A DNA stretch of 63,245 bases, filler included, from Dugesia japonica (GCA_001938525.1; 6 parts of 6 records of this genome joined end to end with filler, not necessarily neighbours in it); one strand, 5' to 3'. Counted from the first letter of the whole stretch, positions 37,061 to 49,560 are shown. The notes: a model not told the origin generated them from the letters alone. Numbers and translations: made by a program.

Positions 37061-39024
37061 TTATATAAAATTTATAAATAAAGTCTTTAAATAAATTTCT
37101 TTTGGTAAAATTATTTCAATATAATTAATATTTGTAATTAGAGTGCTTTCTTGAGAAATTTTAATAGTATTACCAGAATGTGAATATGACACTGCAATTT
37201 CATTAATTCTAATTGTGTATATAAATTTTGTTTGTATGGAATAACCATTAATATTTATAATAACTTTTTTATTAATTTTTACATGTAAAGTTATTATAAA
37301 AGAATCTTCAAGATAAAAATAAGCATAATTAGTATTTGGTTCAGCTTTTATTTTTCCTTTCCATTTAAAATCAAAATCTTTTACATCTTTNCCAATATGA
37401 AAATATGGACGAGTTTGATGTTGTTCATAACAAATAATTGTTAATATTGAATTATCATTTACTAAATAAAAATTAAATAAGCAAGTATCTAAAATTTCTC
37501 TTATAGCTTGGGGATTTGAAGTTTTAAATAATAAATTAATTTTATCAATATGTTTTCCATGAAGTTTAGATTTCATCATTAAAAATTCTTCTTTTAATTT
37601 TTCAAGTGTTTCTAATTTATATAAATTAACATTTATATCTTTTATATAAATTCCTGTAGGTAAAATTATTACAATATAATTTATATTTACATCTCTAGTG
37701 ATTTCAGTACTTTCACGATAAATATCAATATTTCCGGATTCAGGTTTTACATATAAAAATGACACTGCAATATTATTAATTTTAATGACATATGTAAATT
37801 TTTCAATTTCGCATTTACCTGTAATAATTATACTAATTTTTTCATTTACTTTTGTATGTAAATAAATTTCTAAAGGTTGATTAAAAGTAAACATTCCAGA
37901 GTGTATGTAAATAGTTATACCTTTATATTTAAAATTATAATCATTAACATATTTATCTATAAGAGAATAATAAGGAGATGTTAAATAAAAGAAAATTGAA
38001 AATATTTTATAATTACTTGTTTTTTCTGTGGTTGTTGTGCCCGTGTGATGCCCCTGTGGTTCTGCCCATGTGGTTTTTGTTGGTTATTTGGAATATTTAA
38101 ATAAGGTATGTTAGTATCAATTAATTCTTTTAGAACATTAAGTGTTAAATTCGAAAGTGTTTCTTTATATTTTTTAAATGCGACATTAAGTTTATTAGAA
38201 TATATTTTGTGTTGTCGTTTATTTATTTTTTCAATTTCAAAAGTTAATTTTAAAATTATAGGTTTAAATTTTTCTATATAAATTTTAAGATTGTTCACAG
38301 AAATAATATAAATGTCAAATGTTTTCTTATTGATATTTTCATGTAATTTGTTAATATTAATATTTAACATCTCAATTTCATTTTTAATTTTCAATGAATC
38401 AAGCGTATCTAATTCTTTTGTTTTTAAAAGTAAATCACTTCTTTTAAATGGAAATAGTTCAAGTTTTAATCTTTTAATCTCCGTGTTTATTTTGTCAAAT
38501 GTTTCCTGATTACAGTTCTTTGTTAATTTTTGAATTTTAGAATTCAAACCTGAAATATCGACATGGAGAGGGGTCCCTTCGGGGTTTTTTAATTCTTGAA
38601 TTTTAGATTCTAAATATAACTTGTTAGCTGTAAAATTATCAACTTTTAATAATCTACTGAAAATTATTTCATGTTTCTGTATTTTTTCTTCAAGAGACTT
38701 TATGTATTTTAAATTAACTTCTTCTGATTTCTTTATATTTTTTAAATTAACTTCTTCTGATTTCTTTATATTTTTTAAATTATCTTCTTCAAGAGACTTT
38801 ATGTATTTTAAATTAACTTCTTCTAGAGACTTTATGTATTTTAAATTAACTGCATCTTGTAATTCTTTAGGATCTTCTGTTATTTTTAAACAAGTAATTG
38901 TATCACCAGTTTCATTTACATATTTATTTTCATTTTGAGCATCAGACATTTTAATTTTAGCATTTACATTTTTCAATATTTCTGTTGAATTGCCAGAATC
39001 AGCTGTAGCACCAAACTTATTCAT
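37061..39024 (-). CDS. Putative fibre / receptor-binding protein (ORFs 37981-39024 and 37061-37894 joined by a frameshift)
   Basis: MNKFG start, YVNETGDTIT and DPKELQDAVNLKY fibre-like motifs, 11-aa repeats, coiled coil, then two duplicated beta-rich domains. The second frame is open upstream of 37894. Confidence 0.55.
38688..38850 (-). repeat. 33-bp coding tandem repeat (EEVNLKYIKSL / EEVNLKNIKKS) x5
   Basis: Visible in both DNA and protein. Confidence 0.9.
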
Positions 39025-39499
39025 TTCTTTTTTCCTTTCTATTTTTTAAATCTAAATTATCATATAAATCTTTCATTTCAGATATAATATTTTCAAATGC
39101 ACTCGTTGCTCTCGTTAGCTTATATAAAAAATAAATACATAAAATGCCACATATTTCAGTTCCGAAATGTTGCACTTGAATTTTATTATAAACTTTTACA
39201 CTTGGGATTTCTTTTAAAGGTTTTAAACCAAAAGAATCAAAATAAAATCCGTTAGAGTAAGCAACCTAATGTGTTCCATTTTGATTTGAATTTTGATAAT
39301 TAAAAATAATATTTGTATTAAAATCTTTAACGATTTCATTTTTCATGTAAATCTCTAAATCCATTTTTAAAAAGTTAGCAAATGAATATAAATCAAAATT
39401 TGTAGTTGTGTTGATTCCAAATGTTTTTAGAAAATCTAATAAACTATATGCACTTTCTTCCTTTATGGGCTTCGCTTTTGCTTCGTTATATTTTTCCAT
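39017..39499 (-). pseudogene. Adenain-type cysteine maturation protease with a TGG>TAG nonsense change
   Basis: Read-through of the stop at 39266-39268 gives NGTH*VAY..FYFDSFG..NKIQVQ..ICGILCIYFL (His, Asp, Gln, Cys). Confidence 0.9.
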
Positions 39500-39533
39500 T
39501 TGTTGTTGTGGTTGTCCTTTTTAATAATAGAAT

Positions 39534-40226
39534 TTATAATCGATATTTTCTTAGATGAACTAAAATTGTAATTGTTTCTTGGTTAAAGTCGATGGTGTTA
39601 AAGTTTTCATCTACAATGTTAAATTTAAAACCGTCAATGTAATCTGTGTTAATTTTAGAATAAATAGCTGGAGATGGTCGTTCAACTATTTTATATCCAA
39701 ATGGAACGGTGTTTATTGGAAATGAATATAAAAGATTAATATTTGTCGAGTCCCTTTCACCTTTTTTATTTGTGTTGTTGCCCGTGTGGTTTGTGGTGAC
39801 ATAGTTACCTTTAACAATGTTACATGTCACATTTATCGCGTTAGAATTTATAATGTTAATTTTATCAGAAGAATAATANNNNNNNNNNNNNNNNNNNNNN
39901 NNNNNNNNNNNNNNNNNNNNNNNNNNNNNNNNNNNNNNNNNNNNNNNNNNNNNNNNNNNNNNNNNNNNNNNNNNNNNNNNNNNNNGTGTAATTTCTAGAT
40001 ATTTTTCTAAACGATTTGACATTTCTTTTACTTCATAAGATCCTGGTTCTAATTCTTTTATTTTATCTGTTTTGAATTTATTATTTAATTTTGTAATATT
40101 AAAAATAATATTGTAACATGAAAAATATAACATGCCAAGTTCATATTCCGAATCTAATTTTATCGGATAATCTAGGTTAATTTTTAAATCTTGTTCTGTT
40201 CCAACTACTAAGAATTGATGAGACAT
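39534..40226 (-). CDS. Minor capsid protein (penton-like, single jelly-roll)
   Basis: INLDYPIKLDSEYELGM, LEPGSYEV, INVTCNIV, PFGYKIVERP, IVDENFNTIDFN..ILVHLR. Confidence 0.85.
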   Translation of the reverse strand: MSHQFLVVGTEQDLKINLDYPIKLDSEYELGMLYFSCYNIIFNITKLNNKFKTDKIKELEPGSYEVKEMSNRLEKYLEITXXXXXXXXXXXXXXXXXXXXXXXXXXXXXXXXXXXXYYSSDKINIINSNAINVTCNIVKGNYVTTNHTGNNTNKKGERDSTNINLLYSFPINTVPFGYKIVERPSPAIYSKINTDYIDGFKFNIVDENFNTIDFNQETITILVHLRKYRL

Positions 40227-40286
40227 GTCTTCCTTTATGGTTTTGGCTTCGCTCTTTTATAAATGTAAAATGTTGAGTGTTAAGAT

Positions 40287-41236
40287 TTATTTAAAATATT
40301 TAGTTTTATATTTTTTATAAATAATATCAGATAATAAACCTTTAGATTTTAATTGTTTACACACGGATTTAATTTCAGATGAGAGATTGTTATGTCCAGA
40401 TTTTACAGCTGAAATTAATAATGTTAACTTTTCAAATAACGCAATTGGATTCTTTGTCTTTGTTTTCTTGGTTTTTGTTTTCTTGTTATGGTTTATTATG
40501 GGTTTCTTGTTTTTTCTGATAGCTGTTCCTTCTTTTTCTGTTGCATATTCTGATCCATATTCTGATCCTGATTCTGGTTCTGGTTTAGATATTTTTTCTT
40601 GTTTCTTTGTTCTTTTAGGTTTGTTTGTGTGGGGTTTGGGGAGATCTACTTTTCTAAATTTATTTTTTAATTTAGTAACATAATCACTATTAGTTGGAGC
40701 TGGAGATATAAATTTAAAATAAGTTTCGATATCTTCAGGTGTTTCTTTTCCATCTAAATTTCCTAAGATGATTCTAAATATTCCATCAGTGTAACTTCAG
40801 ATTTAAATAAGAAACTTGGATTATTTTGTACGGAGTCCAGCGTAGCGCTTTCCTCGGAGAATAAATAAATTTTATTTTCTTTTAAAGTTATTTCTAAAAA
40901 ACTTTTAATTTTATCAGTTGCTATAACATCTAATTTAGTAAATTTAGGGATAATTGTTTGAGTTAATTTTCCAGTGGCATTAATATTTTCAATTGAGTAT
41001 TCTGGAATAAACGGTATTACTTTTTCATTTAAAAAGAATTTTGTTAAATCTCTAGTTTCTATTTTGGTTTCTTGTTTTATTCCAAGTTTTTCAATCGCAG
41101 AGATAGTTGGTAATTGTAAAGTAGATAAGTTAGATTGTAAAGAATTATAATCAAGAACTTTAGTAGAGAAAAAGTTATTATATTGCTCTTGGGAATTAAT
41201 TAGAGCTTTTAATTCTTTAATTCTAGCATCAACCAT
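40287..41236 (-). CDS. Conserved Polinton protein (frameshift ~40800)
   Basis: MVDARIKELK start. The shifted frame continues TDGIFRIILG ... NPIALFEKLTLLISAVKSGHNNLSSEIKSVCKQLKSKGLL, a C-terminal pattern I recognise from Polinton ORFs. Confidence 0.6.
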
Positions 41237-41252
41237 TTTATATACTAATATT

Positions 41253-41960
41253 TCAGTGTGTCCTTTCATCTTCGGTTTCAGTTTCAGTTTCGGCATCTTC
41301 ATCATCTTCATCTTCGGTTTCATCTTCGGTTTCATCATCTTCTTCATCTTCATCGTCATCAAGGCCTTTTCCAGATTTATATGGATTTAAATAAATACCT
41401 TTTCCTTTCTGAATTATGTGGGTTCCAGATTTAAATTTTTTAGTTAATAATTTAAATTTCGGATCAATATTTTTTAAATATTTATGTATTGCAGTTCCTT
41501 GATATGGATTTAAATATATTCCATGGCCTTGTTTTTTCTTCTTAATTCCTGATCCTGTAGTTGGTCCTGATGTTGTGTCAGTGTTATTTGTTGTGTTGGT
41601 TGCTAGTGCACTTTGTTTGCCTTCGCTTAGTTTTTTAGCTTCTACTTGTTTTTGTAATTCAACTAATTCTGTTTTTTTTTGTTTTTTAATAGCATCTCTA
41701 GAATTTGCAACTGTAGATGCAATACCAGATGCAGCTCCAGATGCTGTTGCTAAAGCGCCAATTACCCATGGTATGGCAGCTAAGAATGCAATCCCACCTT
41801 GATGTTTCTTTTTAGCTTCATCTTTAACTTTTTTAGAAATATAATAATTTTTACCATTTATTTTTACAGATTTACATTTTCTAGAATTAACTATTTTTTC
41901 TAATTCTTCTTCTGTTGCGTCTGACATTTCTTCTATTTCTTCTATTAACATTTTAAGCAT
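41253..41960 (-). CDS. Core protein with adenovirus pX-like hydrophobic segment, GxG repeats and acidic tail
   Basis: QGGIAFLAAIPWVIGALATASGAASGIASTV resembles adenovirus pX (GGxLPxLIPxIAAAIGAxPGIASV); GHGIYLNPY / GKGIYLNPY repeats. Confidence 0.7.
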   Translation of the reverse strand: MLKMLIEEIEEMSDATEEELEKIVNSRKCKSVKINGKNYYISKKVKDEAKKKHQGGIAFLAAIPWVIGALATASGAASGIASTVANSRDAIKKQKKTELVELQKQVEAKKLSEGKQSALATNTTNNTDTTSGPTTGSGIKKKKQGHGIYLNPYQGTAIHKYLKNIDPKFKLLTKKFKSGTHIIQKGKGIYLNPYKSGKGLDDDEDEEDDETEDETEDEDDEDAETETETEDERTH

Positions 41961-41966
41961 TTTAGT

Positions 41967-44733
41967 CTAACGAGTGCATTTTAGATTGTGGTTGATTTTA
42001 TCTAATCTTAAATGCCATAGGTCACATGTAAAACAATAATATTGATTTCCATGTGGCCATGTTTTTGTTGCATTATCTTCTATTATTCTTTTATCATCAT
42101 AGGCCATTAGAGCTATTTTCTTTTGTTCTTTTATTTCAATTTCATGTAATTCTGATTTTAATGTGTAATTTGTTCCATAGATTATTTTNNNNNNNNNNNN
42201 NNNNNNNNNNNNNNNNNNNNNNNNNNNNNNNNNNNNNNNNNNNNNNNNNNNNNNNNNNNNNNNNNNNNNNNNNNNNNNNNNNNNNNNNNNNNNNNNNNNN
42301 NNNNNNNNNNNNNNNNNNNNNNNNNNNNNNNNNNNNNNNNNNNNNNNNNNNNNNNNNNNNNNNNNNNNNNNNNNNNNNNNNNNNNNNNNNNNNNNNNNNN
42401 NNNTTTCTAATTTTTCTAGATTATTTTTTCCTTTTATTTCAACAAATATTGAATCGGTGTCTGAATAATGAATTTTATAATCTTGACCAATCAACGGTTG
42501 CATTTGAAAATAAACAAAATCATACATTACTTGGTTTGCATGTTCGAGGATTGTGAATCCTATATATGGAAATTTATCATATTTTAAAGTTCCTTTTATC
42601 ATATTCATTGCCGCNNNNNNNNNNNNNNNNNNNNNNNNNNNNNNNNNNNNNNNNNNNNNNNNNNNNNNNNNNNNNNNNNNNNNNNNNNNNNNNNNNNNNN
42701 NNNNNNNNNNNNNNNNNNNNNNNNNNNNNNCATCGATTTCTTATATTTTCTAGAGTTTTTCCATAGAAAGCATTTAACATTAATTTATAAATATAATCTC
42801 CAAATACATCTTTTATTTTTTTAGATTCTTTTCTTAATGCAACTAATTTATGTACATGATTTTTAAACCATGTAGATGTTTTCATTTCTATCTTTTTATG
42901 AATTTTAATTATTCTCATTCCAAGTTTTAAATAAAGATCTAAAGTTGATCCTAGAACCACATAATTTTTCTTGTTGAATTGATTTAATGTAAGTTTAATA
43001 TTATCTTTTGATAATTTCTTATTAAATGATTTTTGGTAATTACTTAACATTTCAGGTCTAATATTTAATCTTTCGGGTGCTAATGGGAAATATTTAGTTT
43101 TATCATGAATTTCTTTTGGATATTCAAGATCAACTTCATAAATGTAATTAATATCATCAGTTGCTGTTTCATATCCCAACCCTGAGGGACACAACTCTTC
43201 ACATTCGATAAGTTCGCCTGTTGGTAATGGTCTTGTCATGCATGATGCATAAAGAGAATTTTCATCAAGATATTTTATAAATGTGTCTTCTAATAAATCA
43301 TCAAGATATTCATCTGGAATAAATTCATGTTCATTCATTGTTTTTAGGAGATTTTCATATTGAGTTTTATTCATTCGTCTAGTATATGGTTCTTTATTTT
43401 TATTATAACTAAATACTTGACGTTCGCCTAAAACACCTGAAAATCCACCACGTATTCCTTGTTCAATTGTCAAGAAAAGATCATAAGTTTCTTGTTTAGC
43501 ATATTTAAGTTTAATATTTGCGTTTAACATTCCAGTTTCCCATGAATATCCTGGTGCAGAATATGAATAACAAGGATCTAATCTAAGAAGATTATTTAAA
43601 CATGAATTTCTAAAGTTTTCTAGAAAATCTGTAAGAATTAAAACATCAAGTTTCATGTAATGTAGCATGTAATCCCACATGTTGTCATAATTTTGAAAGT
43701 CATCTAAAAATTCTTGATATTCAGAATCAGATATTTCTTTTTGAGTTAGAGTGTTAAAGAAATCTTTTTTCTCTGGTATATTATTACTTTTTAATAATTG
43801 TTCAACTTCTTGAGGATTGTTGCCTTTTACATATTCATATGGAAATAATGCTTTCTTTGGTTTTAAATTGAAAGATTTTAGGATTGGATATTTATCAGAA
43901 GATGTTAATAATTTTCCCATTACTTCTACAGATGTAAATGGTAATAATCTAGCCGAATCTAAGAATCTAATATTTTCATATGAAAATGAAATATAATTTT
44001 CTGAACTATGAGGTATTATTTTTTTAACCTTTCCTGTAAATTTTGTCATTAATTCTCTGAAAAATAAATGATTATCATAGCCAGATGCGTTATGAAAGTA
44101 AAATGGTATAAATAAATTTTTTATAGAAAAGTCATATAAATTACATTTTTTATGTGAATATCCACGGGGTTCACCTGTGAAATGATTATGATCTAAAACT
44201 GGTGCGTCAGTTATTTGTCCGGAGGCCAGCGTAGCGATTTCTTTACCACAATAATAACAATTTTCATTATTATAAGGTTGATATGTTCCTTCGGGCAATT
44301 CTTTTATTAATTTATTTTCTTTTATATCTTCTAGTGTGTTATTAATCTCTTCTAAAAAGTTAAAGAATTCAATATAAATATTTTCACCTGTGAATTGATA
44401 ATATTTAGATTCCAGGAGATGTTGGTATTCACTATGTAAATAAATTCCCAAAGATATTGCTTTTTGTTTTTTCTTTGAATTTGTATATGCTTCAAAATCA
44501 CCAATTAATATAAAAGGTAATTTATTTTTCTGATAAAATTTATTAAATGAATAATACCTTTTATATGGAAATACAATATTGTTCGGTTTATGATTAATAC
44601 AAATTTCTTGATGTTTAAATAAAACTATTTCACTTGAATAACAGTTCATGCATCTGATGCATGGAAAATTTCTATTATTATTTTTGGGAAAGAATACAGT
44701 TAAATTTCGACATAAAACATAATGATTTTCATA
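41967..44733 (-). CDS. polB: Protein-primed family B DNA polymerase (5' end in gap)
   Basis: IGDFEA, CYYC..DHNHFTGEPRGYSHKKCN, FHNASGYD, YLDENSLY (A), KLMLNAFYGK (B), YSDTDS (C). Only N gaps break the frame. Confidence 0.95.
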
Positions 44734-46362
44734 NNNNNNNNNNNNNNNNNNNNNNNNNNNNNNNNNNNNNNNNNNNNTTAATTAATTAANNNNNNNNNNN
44801 NNNNNNNNNNNNNNNNNNNNNNNNNNNNNNNNNCTTTATTTCTTTAATAATTTTGTTTTCATTACTTTTAGATTTGATATTCTTATTATATTTGTACGTT
44901 TCTAAACTCGTTCATCTATTAAAAACTTTATTGATATTATTCATAAAAATACACAATATTCTCAATAATATTAAACAAAATAAATGGATTGAGTTCTGGG
45001 ATCTGAACACGCTAACACGTTCCTATTAAATAATAAAATGAAAGAAAACTTAGTAATAACTATTGACCTAAAACTTTTCACCCGGTGACACTAGCGATTG
45101 CAGCACACCGGATTAAAATGATGGAACAAGAAGATTAAGTTTGGATTTCGCTGATTTTAAATTAGATTTCAAGAAAATAACTTGAAAAAAGGATTTGTTA
45201 AAATTTTTTAATTTAAATAAAATCCCGCTAGTCTATAACAGACTAAATATAAAAACATAATAATAAAATTTATTTTTAAAATTTAAGAACAAATGTACTA
45301 GTCTTTAACAGACTAAAATAATTTTATTTTTAATTAAAATTTAAATTAATTCAAAATTATCTATTATTATCAAATTAAGAAAATAAAATTAACCTTACCA
45401 AATATTAAAATCAATAATCAATTATTTCTAATTTTTCTTAAATTAGTTCCAAATAAAATCAAATAGTTATGTTGTAAAATTTCCAATATATAAATTTTCC
45501 TTTGTAAAATATCGCTTTGAAATTAACACTTGAGATTTAAATAATATTTGCCTATAATTTTAATATTTGTGCAGCGTTTATTTCACTGTTACAATTAATT
45601 ATACGATTTGAATGAATATAGGTGAATCTACCTTATTTTATCTTGAACATAAATTATTATATTTATTACTAAGTATAAATTTTAGCTACCTGGAATTATT
45701 TTATTATATACATATTATTCATAGTAATTATTTTTATTTTTCTTTTGATTTTATTTATTTTTCTTTTGATACATATGTAACTATTTATAATAATTATCAT
45801 CTTTACCTATTTGTTTATTCAAACAAATTAAAACTCTATGTTTTAATTGGAAATCATTTTTCAATTTATTAAAATTTTAGATAAAATTGTTACTTTATTA
45901 TTAAATTTTCACTAAAGATATATTTCCGAAATTTTAAAAAAATAATCTTTTCTAAAAAACTTCAAAAAATTGTGTATAAAAATATTTAAATTAATCCATA
46001 AACTATTCATAATTTTTATACAAAATTTTTTAATTTAATTTGCTTTAATATCTTATTTCATTTCTAACTTTCAATTAAAAAAAAAGATCCACGCACAAAA
46101 CTTTCAACTCGCTTTTCAAAATATACTAAGAATATTATTTAATTTGATAAGATTAATTTAATTTATTGATTTAAATTAATAATTTATATGAATAAGTTTT
46201 ATATTTAAATGATTTATTATTTATTGGGGCTATTATTTAATGTGTTTATGATATTATCTATTAATATACATTATTATATTCTTATAAACAATATAAGATT
46301 AATATAATATATTTTAAAAAAATTAGTAAAATGTAAAAAGTAATCAAAGATAAAATGAAGTC

Positions 46363-49300
46363 TGTCACGAGGGAATGAAGAATTTTTATAGTTTAATTTA
46401 TTACGGGAAGAAATATTACACATGCCCCAAGATACACAACATTAGGTTTAGGTACATACCAAGAATTTTATATGTGGCGCGCACAACATATTACGCAATT
46501 CACTACAAGCAGGAAACAATTATTGCCGGAATTATTGGAGAGTTCACCATCAAAGAATAATAAAGAAACCGTTAGAGGTGATAAATAAACCAGTGGTAGA
46601 AAGTATTGACGAAGGAATGATATAAACAGAGGAGATAAATAGTGAAGAATTAGATAAAGAATGGTTTTTTAAAGATAAGAAAATGAAGATAAATGGGTCA
46701 ATACTCAAGTTGGCAGTTCCACTGACCAATCTATAATTAAAGCCAACATGTATAAATTTCATCAAATATTGAAGATAGATATTTCACGATTTAATATTAG
46801 GGAGATATATTAGTGAAGAGATTGTTTAAGATAATATTATAAATGAATCAGTTTTTTAAGATAATTGAAGAAATGAACAATGTCAAAATTCAATTTGGAA
46901 TTCATTTAGAATTTATAATGGATCATGGAATAAAAACTTGTCGAATATCTAACATTTCTGTCCTACTTTACTATAAGTTATTTCAAAGAAAGAATTAAGT
47001 CATTGAATAAGGAGATCGTCATAATAAGTAAAGTAGGAAGTACCCAAATTCTTGACAGAAAATTGGAGATATATTTGACTAAAAATTTACTAAAATAAGC
47101 AATATCGGGAAATAGTTATATGTCAACACATAAAAAATTGAAATGGAAAAACTATCATTAACGTCAAAAAGCAACGCAATATGTGCTTTATCTACAGTAT
47201 TATTGCTGTACTTAAATAAGATGTTGTTGAAAAAAATAAACACCAAGCAATAAATATAAAGAATACATGTCAGAACTTGTATTCGATGAAAAAGTTCGTT
47301 CCGAACTAAATTGAAAAGGGTAAAGATGAAGTTATTATAAAACATACAAATTTAGATAATGGAGGGGCAAGAAACCGATATAATAAAATTCATGCGATTG
47401 CAGATGAAGAATTCAGTACAAACGATGGATATTAGGAAGGATATGAAAGTGATTCCGAAAGACAGTACCCAAAAAGCAGGGCCTCACCAGTAGAGGAGTG
47501 GTTTAAAGCCATCCATTGTTAAATGAAATGAGCGATTATCCTCAAGGGGTCGAAAAGTGGGACGATATCAGGAAAGTTACGAAAAAAGTATACAGTTTCT
47601 TAAAAAGGGAAAATTTTTGAGGTTGGTAGAAAAGTAGAATGGGTTGAACCAATTGAAGCAGAACAGAAAACAAATATTTTATACCATAAATTGCAAGGCA
47701 GACCAAGTGTTACGGTATCAATTGAGGGGAAAAGTAGTAGGTGTAATTAGTAGAGTCATGGTATATCTTGATGACATCCTGATATTTACAAACAATAAAG
47801 TTCAACACTATGAAGTAATTGAAAGAGTATTGACAGAAATAATGAAGGCTGGTTTAAGAAATAATCCAAAAAAGTGTCAATTTCTTCAAAGTGAAATCAA
47901 ATTTCTTGGGAACATAATCAGGAGGGATGGTGTTAGAACTGATCCATTAAAAAAAGAAGCAATAAGAACATTTGGCAGGCCTAACTGCGCCAAGAAGTTT
48001 CGAAGCTTCATAAGAATATGAAATTATTACAGAATTTTATAGAAAACTGGAAAGAAAATCAAGGAACTTAAAACAGTTTTGTAGCGGACCAAGCAAAAAG
48101 ACGTTAGAGTGGACAGATGAAATAAACGATACTTTTGAAAGTTTGAAGAAAGCTCTAATGACTTCGCCAATATTGTGTTTTCCAAACATAACAGAGACTT
48201 TATATTAAATACAGATGCCCGTTTCGATACAATTGGAGGAGTATTATCACAGATAAATAAAGGAGGCAGAGACAGAGTTGTTGCCTAATGGATCAAACTC
48301 AATAACGGATCATGAAAAGGGATATTGCATCACGCGAAGAGTTATTGGCTGTTTATTATTTCTGAATGCATTGCAAACATTACTTGTACGGTAGAAGTAA
48401 TTTAAAAACTTTGAAGATTTACTCTTAGAACTAATCATAAAGCTCTAACTTTCATGATGACGACAAAGACACTAAATACATCACAATTTCAGACTTGGAT
48501 TAATTATCTGAGTAGTCTAAGCATGGTTTTGGAATAGAGAAAAGAAATTCAAAATGGTAATGCAGATATGTTATCAAGACCAAGATGTGAAGTATGTGTA
48601 CAATGTCAAATTTCACATGAAAATGTCAAGAAAGGGACAATTAAGACAAGAGCACTGAACGCAATTGAAAAGGAAAAAGAAGTTCAATTAAAAATTTCTG
48701 AAGAAACAGATTTAATCAAGAAAATAAAAATTTCAGATGACAAAATACATGATACAATAGAAGAAATACATAAATTATTATGTCAGGCAGAAGTTGTAAA
48801 GGTGTACAAATATATGAGAAACAAATACATTGCGAAGAACTTGTGGAGTTAAATACAGAAGACAGTTCGTACTTGTGAAATTTGTCAAAAGACCATATTA
48901 GTGACAACAGCAACTAAAGAGAAAACAGAAAGACTAAAAGCTACCAATATTTTTGAGGTCATATTCACAGATATATGTGAGCCATTGCGGGAAACACGTG
49001 GACGAAAAAAATACATACTTGGAATCATAGACCAGTTCAGTTAATATCTGGTTCTTATTGCACTGCTTAGATAAGACGAAAACCAATACAAAAGCTAATT
49101 TTGAAAAGTGGATATTGAGATTTGCTTGTCTAGATTTTTGGAGTTTGTGAGAGAGTTTGCAATGAAGTTAGATATTAAGCTGTGCTTTTTAAGTCCCTAT
49201 CATTACAATGCAAATGGAAAAATTGAAAGACAGTTCGAGATTTAATTAATGCAACACTTCAAGAGAGAAAGACAACAGATTGGCAGATCTTTTACGGAAA

Positions 49301-49560
49301 TATAATTTACAATGAACGCAACAAAGCAGAAGACGACTAGAAAGAGCGCGACTGAGATTTTATTTGGAAAGAAATTTAGCAGAAAAAAGTGACACGAGTT
49401 CGACGTTTCAGAGAGAAATAGGGAAAGTATTTCAGAAGTGACTACTAATAGAGAATCCAAATCAAGAGATTACGTACTCATCAAGTTAGAAATAAGAAAT
49501 AAATGCCAAAACCGATTTGAAAGTCATTATTAAATAAAAACTTAAAAAGTTTCTTAAGAA
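46363..49560 (+). mobile_element. pol: Ty3/Gypsy LTR retrotransposon relic (RT, RNase H, integrase)
   Basis: VYLDDILIF and KCQFLQSEIKFLG (RT); NTDA..IGGVLSQ, TNHKAL, NADMLSR (RNase H); CEICQ, GIIDQFS, SPYHYNANGKIER (integrase). Boundaries approximate. Confidence 0.9.

Larger units (their letters stand above)
28923..44733. mobile_element. Near-complete Polinton/Maverick (adintovirus-like) endogenous virus, element C
   Basis: Capsid, integrase, A32 ATPase, adenain, penton and pPolB in two convergent gene blocks. Both termini are lost at the linkers. Confidence 0.95.

Noticed and set aside
39266-39268. Stop-codon reassignment or read-through (TAG at the HW motif)
   Set aside because: Single G>A change; the long capsid and PolB ORFs use TGG normally and have no in-frame TAG.
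31818-42556. Antisense ORFs (31818-, 36723+, 38312+, 38621+, 40387+, 41575+, 42053+)
   Set aside because: Shadows of real viral genes on the opposite strand.
46475-46490. TGGCGC primer-binding-site-like motif
   Set aside because: Not preceded by an LTR ending in CA, and no second LTR found.
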